This document shows, one piece after another, positions 1-9,299 of a DNA stretch of 60,442 bases. Numbering within the stretch: the first letter of the stretch is position 1; every line of letters starts with the position of its first letter. The DNA is from Acidaminococcales bacterium (GTDB taxonomy: Bacteria > Bacillota > Negativicutes > Acidaminococcales > JAISLQ01), in the NCBI GenBank assembly GCA_031290885.1, contig JAISLQ010000012.1:1-60442 (forward strand), written 5' to 3'. A model generated the notes under the pieces. That model did not search any database. It was not told where the DNA came from and worked only from the letters and a program-made list of their open reading frames with translations. The translations under genes and the position numbers were made by a program.

Positions 1-226
1 GTTACCTGTCGTTCGTTTGCAAGCCGCCTGTAGAGCCGTCCGGCTGCTTTCAGGGGAGATGCGCCCCGCGCGAACAAACAAAATCAAAACACAGGAACGC
101 CCGTGTTTGCTGGCAAAAGGAAAAAACAGCAGGTAACATTTTCTACAATATGTTGCCTGCCGCCGCCCACCCGGGAAAACGCGCCGGACGGACGTTTTTG
201 TTTTGCCGCCATGTATTTACGCTATC

Positions 227-255
227 ATAATATATGAATTGCGCCGCGTTGTCAA
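227..255 (-). promoter_or_regulatory. sigma70/sigmaA-type promoter firing leftwards out of the window
   Basis: Minus strand TTGACA (255-250), 17 nt spacer, TATTAT (232-227). Confidence 0.6.
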
Positions 256-392
256 ATAAAAATTCCGCCCCGGCAAGGCCTTTTTATGCCGCCGTTTGCA
301 AGGACGGCGCTTTGGATGCAACCTGCCCGGAAACTGGCGCAGCAGTATGGCAAATTGGCCGCAAAGCAACCCGATTTAAGCTTAGAACGGTA

Positions 393-1382
393 TCAGGCAG
401 CGTTCAAAAGCTGCGCCAGCAGTTCTTGTTCCGTAAGTTCCGGCAGGACGGCGGCCAAGTCCATTTGCCGTATCTTTTCCCGCAGGGAAGCTTCTTCGAG
501 GGCCGCGCCGCGCAATTTGCGAAAAGCCCCCCTCACGTCGGATTGCGAGAAAAAGTCGCCGTATACGCTTATTTCTTCTATCCGCCCACCTTTTGCCAGC
601 AAAAAAAGCGCCAGTTCCCCCCAGGGATATTTTACCGTCCGTTCAATGTTAAAATCAGGCGACTGCCCGTAATTCCATTCCCAGCGGCTATATTTATCGT
701 CGCGCAGCTTTTGGATCGCCGCCTGCTCGCGCGCCGAAAATTCATAGGGCCGGCTGCCCGGCTGTTTAAGGAAATGTTTCTCCAGATCCTTGAGGAAAAC
801 TTCCACCGGCAAAGGCTGCCGCATGAAATCAACTATATTGCCGACCCGCTCCCTGATGGACGATACCCCCCGCGTGGCAAGTTTGTGTTCTTTCGCGCGC
901 AGGGCCTGCGCCAGCGTGTCGAGCTTCACGGCAAAAAGAAGTGTCCCGTGATGCAGCACCCGGTTGTCTTTTATCGTCTGGGCGCCGCCGGAGATTTTGC
1001 AGCCGCATGCCTCGATGTCGTTGCGGCCGTGATTTTCCGCCTTTATGCCGTAACCGGCCAAAAGCTCAATGACCGGTTCGGTAAAGTGGGCAAAATCAAT
1101 AATTTTGCCGCTTGTCGGCTGCGCGACGGTATAATTTACGTTGCCCAAATCGTGATAAACCGCGCCGCCGCCGGTAATTCTCCTTACAACCGCTATGCTT
1201 TTTTCCGCGACGAACTCCCGGTTTATTTCCGCCAGGGTGTTTTGAAACCGGCCGACGATTACCGCAGGGGAATTTTGCCACAACCGGATTACCGGCTGGG
1301 CGAACCGCCGCTCGGCCAGCAAAAATTCCTCGCTGGCCAAATTAAAATAAGGGTCTTGGCATTTGTCGAAAATTACTAACAA
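393..1382 (-). CDS. lplA: lipoate-protein ligase A
   Basis: N-terminal PYFNLASEE, VRRITGGGAVYHDLGN, KISGGAQ, HHGTLL motifs; TTG start with GAGGAGG RBS. Confidence 0.93.
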   Translation of the reverse strand: MLVIFDKCQDPYFNLASEEFLLAERRFAQPVIRLWQNSPAVIVGRFQNTLAEINREFVAEKSIAVVRRITGGGAVYHDLGNVNYTVAQPTSGKIIDFAHFTEPVIELLAGYGIKAENHGRNDIEACGCKISGGAQTIKDNRVLHHGTLLFAVKLDTLAQALRAKEHKLATRGVSSIRERVGNIVDFMRQPLPVEVFLKDLEKHFLKQPGSRPYEFSAREQAAIQKLRDDKYSRWEWNYGQSPDFNIERTVKYPWGELALFLLAKGGRIEEISVYGDFFSQSDVRGAFRKLRGAALEEASLREKIRQMDLAAVLPELTEQELLAQLLNAA

Positions 1383-1754
1383 TGTTCCCCCTCCTCATTT
1401 ATCGCCCGAACATGGCGCTTTGCGCCGCCCATACTGTTTCCCCGTTTAAAACCATGGCGCCTTTGCGTCCCAATTTGCCCACGCTGCCCTGCCCATCAAC
1501 GGCACGCGCCATAATGTCAAGGCCAAAGCCAGGGCAACCGAAAAGGGGGCAATATTACGCGAAAAACCATGTTTTTTTAGCGCGGCAGGAAAAGCGCGGC
1601 AAAAAACCGGCAAAGCGCCGAACGGCCGCGGCGTCCCCGGGGAAACAGCCGCGAAACGACGAACGCCGTTTGGCCGCAAGCGCAAACGGCCATGGCGCGG
1701 GGCGAAACGGACGGGGGCGGCAAACAAGCAAAACCATGGCACGCCGCTTGCCCG

Positions 1755-3134
1755 TCAAACGGTGAGTATCGCAAATGTTTCCGGATGCATGTTTTCCACC
1801 GCCTGCACTTTGATCTTCAGGCCGCGCGGCAGCCGTTGCAGCTCGCAATTGGTGAACCATTCGGCGACCAATGGGTGCGCTTGCAAAATCAGGGGGCGGG
1901 AACCGGTTGTGCCGGCCAATTTGCGCCGAACCGCTACCGCCACCGTTTCGGGCGATTTTACATAGCCGCTCCCGCCGCAGACCGGGCACTCGGCAAAAAG
2001 GGCGGCGGCGGTGTTCTGGCGGGATTTTTTCCTGGTCATCTCCACCAGCCCCAGCGCCGTTATGCCTAACACGCGCGGCTTCATGCGGTCGCCTGACAGA
2101 GCGTCGTTTAAGTTTTTCAATGTTTTGTCCCGGTTTCCCTCGTTTGCCATATCAATAAAATCAATGACAATTATGCCGCCGATGTCGCGCAGCCTGATTT
2201 GGCGGGCGATTTCCTTCCCCGCTTGCAGGTTGGTGAAAAAGGCCGTTTCTTCAAGGTTGGTTTCCCCTTTGTAGCTGCCGGTGTTCACGTCGATCACCGT
2301 CAGGGCCTCGGTGTAATCAAACACTAAGTAGCCGCCGCATCCTAAGCCGACCCGGCGCGCGTTGAGGCCGTCGATGGCCGCGTCCAGGCGGTAATGGCTG
2401 TAAATGGGCTCCGCCTGCCGATAGTTGACGATCCGCCCTTTATAGTCGGAATAGCTGAAAGACACCAGATCCGAGATGATTTGCCAAGTTTCTTTATCGT
2501 CCACCACAATTTCATCTATGCCGTCATTAAGATAGTCCCTTACCGCCCGCACGGGCAAATCGGCTTCCCGGTGCAGGAGCGCCGGCGACTTGGCCCTTTG
2601 CGATCGCGCCTCGATGGAATTCCACAATCCCTCCAGATAGCGGATATCTTTTTGGATCGCTTCCGCGTCGCGCCCGGCCGCCACCGTCCGCACGATCAGG
2701 CCGGCCTTTTTCGGCCGCCCCGCGACGGCTATCTCCCTAAGCCGCGCCCTTTCGGCGGGGTCGGCGATGTTTTTCGATATTCCCAGATAATTGGCGCCAG
2801 GCAAAAACACTACGTAGCGCCCGGCCAGCGCCGGCCTCGTTACCGCCCGCGGCCCTTTGGAGCCCATGGCGTCTTTGACAATCTGCACAATAATGCTTTG
2901 CCCTTCGCTCAAGTCCAATTTGTCGCCGTTATAAAAAAATACGTTGCGGCTGTACCCTATGTCAATAAAGGCCGCTTGTATGCCTTTCAGAATGTTTTTT
3001 ACCCGCCCTTTGAAAATATTGCCGACAATGCGCTGTTCATTGTTGCGTTCCAGTACATATTCCTGCAATATGCCGTCCGCGACGAGTGCCATGCTGACTT
3101 CTCCGGGCGTTACGCTGATCAGGATACGATTCAT
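1755..3134 (-). CDS. rng: Rne/Rng family ribonuclease (RNase G)
   Basis: S1 region GNIFKGRV..AAFIDIG, catalytic TVIDVNTG and IIVIDFIDM, C-terminal CPVCGGSG; start moved to MNRIL at 3134 (GGAGAAGG RBS). Confidence 0.93.
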   Translation of the reverse strand: MNRILISVTPGEVSMALVADGILQEYVLERNNEQRIVGNIFKGRVKNILKGIQAAFIDIGYSRNVFFYNGDKLDLSEGQSIIVQIVKDAMGSKGPRAVTRPALAGRYVVFLPGANYLGISKNIADPAERARLREIAVAGRPKKAGLIVRTVAAGRDAEAIQKDIRYLEGLWNSIEARSQRAKSPALLHREADLPVRAVRDYLNDGIDEIVVDDKETWQIISDLVSFSYSDYKGRIVNYRQAEPIYSHYRLDAAIDGLNARRVGLGCGGYLVFDYTEALTVIDVNTGSYKGETNLEETAFFTNLQAGKEIARQIRLRDIGGIIVIDFIDMANEGNRDKTLKNLNDALSGDRMKPRVLGITALGLVEMTRKKSRQNTAAALFAECPVCGGSGYVKSPETVAVAVRRKLAGTTGSRPLILQAHPLVAEWFTNCELQRLPRGLKIKVQAVENMHPETFAILTV

Positions 3135-3135
3135 T

Positions 3136-3819
3136 TCAACCTTCTCCAATCAAGGGTTTTCGGCCTTCTTTGTAAAGGCCGGTTCTGGTAATGCGCACCG
3201 CGAAAATGTCCAAGTTCAGTTGGAACCGGCTGTTTAAGGCATCAATGAGGTCGTTGGCCCTGAGCGACCCCGAAGCGGCAATCAGGCAGTCGAAACAAAG
3301 GCGCGTCCGGCCGGGCAAATTTTCACAAGCCACGGAAAGGGTATGTTTTTTCAGGTCAAGCCGGCGCGCCGGTTTGCCCGGGGCCGTTTTTTTGTCGTAG
3401 AAAAATTCCGCCGCCTCGTTGTACCCTGCCGCCGCGCTGTTTATCAATCCGGCCGGGGCGCCTTCCGGCATATCCGCCGCATAGGATGCCATAGACAAAA
3501 GGGCGGCCAGTTTTGGCGCTTTCTCCACGACGTCGGCGGCCAGCGCCCTGATCCCCTGCGGCAGCTTGGCGCTAAGCGCGGCGGCGGCCGCCGCCGCGTC
3601 TATCGGCGCGGCCAGTTCCAATTCCGCGTATTCGCATAGGCTCTCTATGCCCAGCCCGAGCGCCGACGCCAGCGACAATTTCATGTGCGGGTTGAAGCCT
3701 TCCGTCCACGCCGCCGGCAGCTTCGCCCGGCGCACGGCGCGCTCGAGCGTCCGCGTATATTCCAAATGCGATATGAACCGCAATCCGCCTTCTTTGGTGA
3801 TTTTCAGGCGCAGTTTCAT
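3136..3819 (-). CDS. radical SAM-linked protein (TIGR03936/DUF2344-like)
   Basis: LRFISHLE..RAVRRAKLP..TEGFNPH motif; ATG overlaps the stop of the upstream radical SAM gene. Confidence 0.85.
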   Translation of the reverse strand: MKLRLKITKEGGLRFISHLEYTRTLERAVRRAKLPAAWTEGFNPHMKLSLASALGLGIESLCEYAELELAAPIDAAAAAAALSAKLPQGIRALAADVVEKAPKLAALLSMASYAADMPEGAPAGLINSAAAGYNEAAEFFYDKKTAPGKPARRLDLKKHTLSVACENLPGRTRLCFDCLIAASGSLRANDLIDALNSRFQLNLDIFAVRITRTGLYKEGRKPLIGEG

Positions 3820-5654
3820 CGCGCCGCCATCGTTTTCCCAACGCCAAGGGCGGGGCAGACGCCGCAGCCGGCGCAGCCTTGGCGGCAGTCGGGGGTGGTT
3901 TCGCCTTTCAGCGCCTTTTTCCATTCCCTAAGCAAGTATTCCGGCGCGACCCCCGGGCGCACGTGATCCCATGGCAGCGGCTCGCCTTCGCCAAAGGCGC
4001 GGCGCCAAGGCGCTGCCGGGGCGTGTTCGGAAAGGGCGTCCCGCCACCGGCCGTAATCAAAGTGCTCAGACCAGCCGTCGAAGCGCGCGCCTTTTCGCCA
4101 GGCGGAGACAATAACCCTGCCCAGCCGCCGGTCGCCGCGCGCGAACAGGCCTTCGAGCGCGCCGGCTTGAGGGTCGTGGTATTGATAGGCAAGGGCGCGG
4201 CTGTTGCATAGCAAAGATTTCAGATAAAGCTGCTTTTCCTTCGTCCGTTCCACGCTGTCTTGCTCCGCCCACTGAAAGGGCGTCCAGGGCTTGGGGACAA
4301 AAGGCGAAACGCTCACCGTCGCTTTGACGTCCCGCCGCCCTGACCGGCGGCGCCCGGCGTCAATTACCTTAAAGGCCAGATCCGCTATGCCTTTAAGGTC
4401 GGCAAAGGTTTCCGTCGGCAGCCCGATCATAAAATATAGTTTGAGCGACGACCAGCCGGCGGCGAAAGCGGCGGAGGTCGCCGCCAGCACGTTTTCTTCG
4501 CTCACGCCTTTGTTTATGACGTCGCGCAGGCGCTGCGTGCCGGCTTCCGGCGCGAAGGTCAGCCCGCTTTTGCGTACCCCGCTCACTTTTTGGGCCACTT
4601 CAATCGAAAAACTGTCGAGCCGCAGGGAAGGAAGGGAAACGCTTACCCTTTCGCGCGCAAAATCAAGCGACAAATCGGCCAGCAATTCCGCCAGGCAGGA
4701 GTAGTCGGCCGTACTGAGCGAAATCAGCGAGATTTCGTTGTAGCCCGTACTGTCAACCAAGCCGCGCGCCAATCGTTTCAGCTGCGCCACGCTGCGCTCG
4801 CGCAAAGGCCGGTAAACCATGCCGGCGTGACAGAAGCGGCAGCCGCGCGTGCAGCCGCGAAACACTTCCAATGCTATGCGGTCGTGGATAATTTCGTTAA
4901 AAGGCACTACCGGTGCCGTAGGGTAGCCCGCCGCGTCAAGGTTTTTCACGGCGCGTTTTTTTATATAGGGGGGCGCGGCCGGATTTTGCGCGGTCAATTG
5001 CTTGAACCGCCCGTCGCCTGTATATTCGGCTTGGTAAAAACAGGGGACGTATATGCCGGGCAGACGGGCCAAGACTTCCAAAAATCCCCGCCGGCCGCCC
5101 GGCCGCCCGGCTTCTTTCCAGTCGCGGCAGGCGGCGGCGGTTTCGACGATCAATTCCTCGCCGTCGCCGACGATAAAAAAGTCAAAAAAATCCGCCAGCG
5201 GTTCGGGATTAAAGACGCACGGCCCGCCGCCGACCACAAAGGGCTCCTTTTCGCCGCGCGCCGCGGCCAGGACCGCGACTGCGCCCAAGTCGAGCATATT
5301 GACAATGTTGCTGTAGGTAAGTTCGTATTGCAGGGTAAACCCCACCAAGTCAAAAGCCGAAAGCTCCCGCCCCGTCTCCAGCGCGGCCAGCCGCCGCCCT
5401 TTGGAACGCATTAGGGCCTCCATGTCCGTCCAGGGCGCGTAAACGCGTTCCGCCTGTACAAACGGCAAGCCATTCAAGACGTGATAAAGTATTTTAAAGC
5501 CAGGGTAGCTCATGCCTACTTCATAAACATCAGGAAACGCCAGGGCGAAAGACACTTTTATCCCGTCCCGGCCTTTTATGATCGCGTTCAGTTCGCCGCC
5601 CGCATAGCGCCCCGGCTTTTCCACCCGCGCCAAAAGGTCTTCGTTGTTGATCAT
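3816..5654 (-). CDS. B12-binding radical SAM protein (TIGR03960-like)
   Basis: VEKPGRYAGGE, FPDVYEVGMS, CxxxCxxC (GCTRGCRFC), APEAGTQRLR, C-terminal TPDCRQGCAGCGVC. Confidence 0.9.
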   Translation of the reverse strand: MINNEDLLARVEKPGRYAGGELNAIIKGRDGIKVSFALAFPDVYEVGMSYPGFKILYHVLNGLPFVQAERVYAPWTDMEALMRSKGRRLAALETGRELSAFDLVGFTLQYELTYSNIVNMLDLGAVAVLAAARGEKEPFVVGGGPCVFNPEPLADFFDFFIVGDGEELIVETAAACRDWKEAGRPGGRRGFLEVLARLPGIYVPCFYQAEYTGDGRFKQLTAQNPAAPPYIKKRAVKNLDAAGYPTAPVVPFNEIIHDRIALEVFRGCTRGCRFCHAGMVYRPLRERSVAQLKRLARGLVDSTGYNEISLISLSTADYSCLAELLADLSLDFARERVSVSLPSLRLDSFSIEVAQKVSGVRKSGLTFAPEAGTQRLRDVINKGVSEENVLAATSAAFAAGWSSLKLYFMIGLPTETFADLKGIADLAFKVIDAGRRRSGRRDVKATVSVSPFVPKPWTPFQWAEQDSVERTKEKQLYLKSLLCNSRALAYQYHDPQAGALEGLFARGDRRLGRVIVSAWRKGARFDGWSEHFDYGRWRDALSEHAPAAPWRRAFGEGEPLPWDHVRPGVAPEYLLREWKKALKGETTPDCRQGCAGCGVCPALGVGKTMAAR

Positions 5655-5673
5655 TGCGCCTCCAAACATAATT

Positions 5674-6780
5674 TCAGAAAAGCAGCCCTCTGCGGCGCAT
5701 GTTTATATTGAGCAATATGCTTACGCACAGCATGTTGACCGTGAGCGAGCTGACGCCGTAGCTCATGAAAGGCAGCGGGATGCCGGTTACCGGCATTATC
5801 CCCACCGTCATGCCGATGTTTACCACTATGTGAAAGGCCAGCATGCTCACGATCCCCATGGCCAAAAGCGCCCCAAAGTCATCTTTGGCTTCCATGGCGA
5901 TCTTTATCCCCCGATAAAATATTACGCCGTAAAGCACGAGCACGACCATAACCCCGGCAAAGCCGAGTTCTTCGCCGATTACCGCGAAGATGAAATCCGT
6001 ATGGTTTTCCGGCAGAAAACTCAACTGGCTCTGCGTACCCGCGAACAGCCCCTTGCCGGTAAGCATGCCGGAACCGATGGCGATCTTGGACTGTATGACA
6101 TGATACCCTGAATTGTAAGGGTCCCTTTCCGGATTGAGAAAAACAAGTATGCGCTGTTTCTGGTAGTCTTTGAGCAGATGCCAGAAAACTGGCGTCAGCG
6201 CCAGCATGACGCCGGCAAGGTAACCATAAAAGCGCGCCGGCATGCCGGCTATGTAAAGCATAACGGCGGTAATGAAGAGAAACACCAGCGAAGTGCCAAG
6301 ATCCGGCTGCCTGAGCACGAGCAAAAAAGGCAGGAAAACGTAGCCGATCGCCGGCACCGCGTCCAACGCCCCGTCCAAATTTTCCTTGCAGCGGTTCAGG
6401 ATGCTGGCCAGGCCGACGATCGTGATTATTTTGGCAAATTCGCTCGGCTGCACGCTAAGCGGCCCTATCTGCAGCCAGCGCTGGGCCCCGAGGGCGGAAT
6501 GCCCGGCGAACAGGACCGCCAGCAGCATAAAAATATTGAATATATACAAAGGCACGCTCAAATGTTCAAGCTGTCCGTAGTCAAAGCGCAAAAAGAAAAA
6601 CGCCAGAGCCAAGTTCAACAAAAAAAATAAGGCCTGTTTTTGCACATATTCGTTTGCGCCAACGTGCAGGCTGTTAACATGCGTTGCGCTGGCAATCATG
6701 GCCACGCTTATCATATTGAGCGACACCACCGCGGCAATGAGGACAAAATCCAGATTGCGCAGCAACCTGTTGTCAGACAT
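5674..6780 (-). CDS. rodA: rod shape-determining protein RodA (SEDS)
   Basis: GAQRW, QPSEFAK, QPDLGT, PENHTDFIF, GIPLPFMSYG; multiple TM helices. Confidence 0.95.
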   Translation of the reverse strand: MSDNRLLRNLDFVLIAAVVSLNMISVAMIASATHVNSLHVGANEYVQKQALFFLLNLALAFFFLRFDYGQLEHLSVPLYIFNIFMLLAVLFAGHSALGAQRWLQIGPLSVQPSEFAKIITIVGLASILNRCKENLDGALDAVPAIGYVFLPFLLVLRQPDLGTSLVFLFITAVMLYIAGMPARFYGYLAGVMLALTPVFWHLLKDYQKQRILVFLNPERDPYNSGYHVIQSKIAIGSGMLTGKGLFAGTQSQLSFLPENHTDFIFAVIGEELGFAGVMVVLVLYGVIFYRGIKIAMEAKDDFGALLAMGIVSMLAFHIVVNIGMTVGIMPVTGIPLPFMSYGVSSLTVNMLCVSILLNINMRRRGLLF

Positions 6781-6786
6781 GGGCCG

Positions 6787-7101
6787 TTACACCAATCCGT
6801 TTTTGCTGTTGCCGTCAATTTGCAGCCTGGCCAAGTGCTTTATTTTCAGCACCGGGATATCGGCTACCAGCGACACTTTGTGTTCGCCGGCGTAAAGCTG
6901 TATTTGCACCTCGTCCTCGCCGATGTCCATGTACCTTGATACGGCGGCCACCACATCATAGCGCACCGCGCGCATAAATTGCGGCGATATGTCTACGCGG
7001 TCGCGCAAAAGCACTTGCCGCAGGCGCTCTTTGGCAATCAATTTTGATTTTTTCTTTTCCCGGGCGCTGATAACATTTTGAATGACTCTCAAAAGACCCA
7101 C
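6787..7101 (-). CDS. minE: cell division topological specificity factor MinE
   Basis: SKLIAKERLRQVLLRDR motif; directly after minD. Confidence 0.9.
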   Translation of the reverse strand: MGLLRVIQNVISAREKKKSKLIAKERLRQVLLRDRVDISPQFMRAVRYDVVAAVSRYMDIGEDEVQIQLYAGEHKVSLVADIPVLKIKHLARLQIDGNSKNGLV

Positions 7102-7116
7102 CCTCTTGCCCTCCTG

Positions 7117-7911
7117 TCAGGAAAACCCGAATAGCCTCTTGAGCCTGCCCAAAAAGGTCTCTTTGAACCTTATGTCCATCAAAGGCACTTCTTCGCCGGC
7201 AAGCCGGAGCGCAATGTTTTTGTACGCCCGGCCGGCTATCGACGACGGGTTGGCTACCGCCGGCTCTCCCCGGTTCGTGGACACCACTATATATTCGTCC
7301 TCGGGCACAATGCCAAGAAGGCTTATGGACAATATTTCGACAACATCCTCTATGTCCATCATGTCGCCTTTTTGGATCATCTGCGGCCTTATGCGGTTGA
7401 TCACCAAAAGCGGGCCGGCTTTGCCCATGTCTTCCAAAAGGCCGATTATGCGGTCGGCGTCGCGCACCGCCGATACTTCCGGCGTGGTTACGATTACGGA
7501 CCTGTCCGCGCCGGCGATCGCGTTTTTGAACCCTTGTTCTATGCCGGCCGGACAATCAACCACGACATAATCAAAATCAAGCATAAGTTCACGGCAAAGC
7601 ATTCCCATCTGGTCGGCGGTTACGGCGTTTTTGTCCTTGGTTTGGGCGGCGGGCAGAAGATGCAGTTTTTCAAACCTTTTGTCGCGGATGATCGCCATGT
7701 TCAAGTCGCAATTGCCTTCGACGACATCCACCAAGTCATAAACTATCCTGTTTTCCAGCCCCATCACTACGTCCAGGTTCCTGAGCCCGATGTCGGCATC
7801 GACCATGATCACCTTTTTGCCCAAAAGCGCGAACCCTGTGCCAATGTTTGCCGTCGTAGTAGTCTTGCCGACGCCGCCCTTGCCCGACGTAACGACTATT
7901 ACCTCTCCCAT
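7117..7911 (-). CDS. minD: septum site-determining ATPase MinD
   Basis: TSGKGGVGKTT deviant Walker A, DADIGLRNLD, C-terminal amphipathic RLKRLFGF. Confidence 0.97.
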   Translation of the reverse strand: MGEVIVVTSGKGGVGKTTTTANIGTGFALLGKKVIMVDADIGLRNLDVVMGLENRIVYDLVDVVEGNCDLNMAIIRDKRFEKLHLLPAAQTKDKNAVTADQMGMLCRELMLDFDYVVVDCPAGIEQGFKNAIAGADRSVIVTTPEVSAVRDADRIIGLLEDMGKAGPLLVINRIRPQMIQKGDMMDIEDVVEILSISLLGIVPEDEYIVVSTNRGEPAVANPSSIAGRAYKNIALRLAGEEVPLMDIRFKETFLGRLKRLFGFS

Positions 7912-8002
7912 GGGAAATCCTCCTCACCGACAAATCGTATATGTTGCAATTTGACCAAAGGCCCGCCGGCCGCGCGGCCTTGCCCGGGCGGCAAGTTTGC
8001 CC

Positions 8003-9175
8003 TCAGCGGCGAATGGTCCTTATTTCTATCTGATTGTTGTATATCCTGGCCACGCCGAAACCGACCGCCCCGGCCGGTTCGTCCGGCGCCCGGACTATAA
8101 GATCGGCGATGCGTATCTGCCCGCCGCTGAAACTGCCCGCCGCTATCGACGCCGAACGGTCCCCCCGGCAGCCTGCGTACAAAATCCCGCGCGTTACGCC
8201 CGCCACGATAATGTCGTTTTTCGCGAATATCCGCGCCGTAGGATTGATGTCGCCGAAAACTATGACCGACCCGTCATAACGTATTTCCTGCCCGCCGCGC
8301 ACCGTGCGGTAAATGGTCAGCGCCGGCCTGTCCGCGCTCTCGTAATTCACAATGTTGTCGTGCTGTCGCTCGGACAAAACAATGTCCCCGACCGGCTCTT
8401 CGTCGGGCTCTTCCGGCACGGCGGAAGCGGCGGCGGACGCCGTTTCCGCAGCCGGCGTTTGCCGCGCGGAGCCGTCTTCAAAAAGCATGCTTTTTGCCAT
8501 CATGTCTCCTTCGTCCGCATCCGCCCGCGCGCGATTGCCTTCGCCGGGAAGGGGCACGGCCTCCGCCGCTTGTCCTGCGGGCGCCCGGGGTCCCCCCGTT
8601 TCTTCTCCCGATGCGCCTTCGTCGTTTGCCGGCGGCTGTTCCGGCAATTCTACCCAGGCGCCCTGGTCTTTCCACAGCCATAATTCTTCCGCCGCGCACG
8701 GCCCGGCTCGCCCGTCGTCCGCCGGCGCCGCCGGCAGCCCATCCGTCCCGGATTCGCGCCCATCCTCCTGCGGCGGACAAGCCGGCTGTTCCGCTTCGTT
8801 ATCTTTGGCCATCATTTCCATTTCAAAAACCAAGGGGCTCAAAAAATATGCCATTTCGTTCACGTTGCATTCGGCGCGCCCGCCTTTTTCCTCGCCGCCT
8901 GTCTGCCCGGCGGGTTGGGCGCCGCGGGAAAAATCGGCGTCGTAAACGATTCCGTAACGGTCAAGCAGCTCGCAAAGCTGCCCTCCTTCGCCGCGCGTCA
9001 GGCAGCGCTCGCCTTTGTAGCGCACCAAGGGGGGCTCCGGCGTCTTTGTGAAAAATTCGCTTGAGGTTTTGAGCTTCTCTTCCAGCGCCAAAAGAATGTC
9101 GGAAAATGGCCTTTCTGAGTTTACCACCAGAAAAAGGCCGTCCCTGTCGCCTTTTAAAACCACCGTGTCCTTCAT
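8003..9175 (-). CDS. minC: septum site-determining protein MinC with a very long interdomain linker
   Basis: N-terminal VVLKGDRDGL; C-terminal beta-helix TVRGGQEIRYDGSVIVFGDINP..IRIAD; upstream of minD. Confidence 0.88.
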   Translation of the reverse strand: MKDTVVLKGDRDGLFLVVNSERPFSDILLALEEKLKTSSEFFTKTPEPPLVRYKGERCLTRGEGGQLCELLDRYGIVYDADFSRGAQPAGQTGGEEKGGRAECNVNEMAYFLSPLVFEMEMMAKDNEAEQPACPPQEDGRESGTDGLPAAPADDGRAGPCAAEELWLWKDQGAWVELPEQPPANDEGASGEETGGPRAPAGQAAEAVPLPGEGNRARADADEGDMMAKSMLFEDGSARQTPAAETASAAASAVPEEPDEEPVGDIVLSERQHDNIVNYESADRPALTIYRTVRGGQEIRYDGSVIVFGDINPTARIFAKNDIIVAGVTRGILYAGCRGDRSASIAAGSFSGGQIRIADLIVRAPDEPAGAVGFGVARIYNNQIEIRTIRR

Positions 9176-9299
9176 TTGCGTGTATCCGCCTTAATCAAAG
9201 TAAAAGACAACCAAACCGGCATTTCTTAGCATACATTGTTATCTTCGCCGCCCGGGCTTAAAATCCTGCCGCGCTATTTTCTTTTTGCCGGCCTTTGCC

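Noticed and set aside
203-231. Plus-strand TTGCCG-17-CATAAT pointing into the lplA 3' end
   Set aside because: Its -10 overlaps the AT-rich -10 of the better minus-strand promoter; probably coincidental
234-1379. 381-aa plus-strand ORF
   Set aside because: Exact antisense shadow of lplA; no motifs or RBS; long shadow ORFs are expected at this GC content
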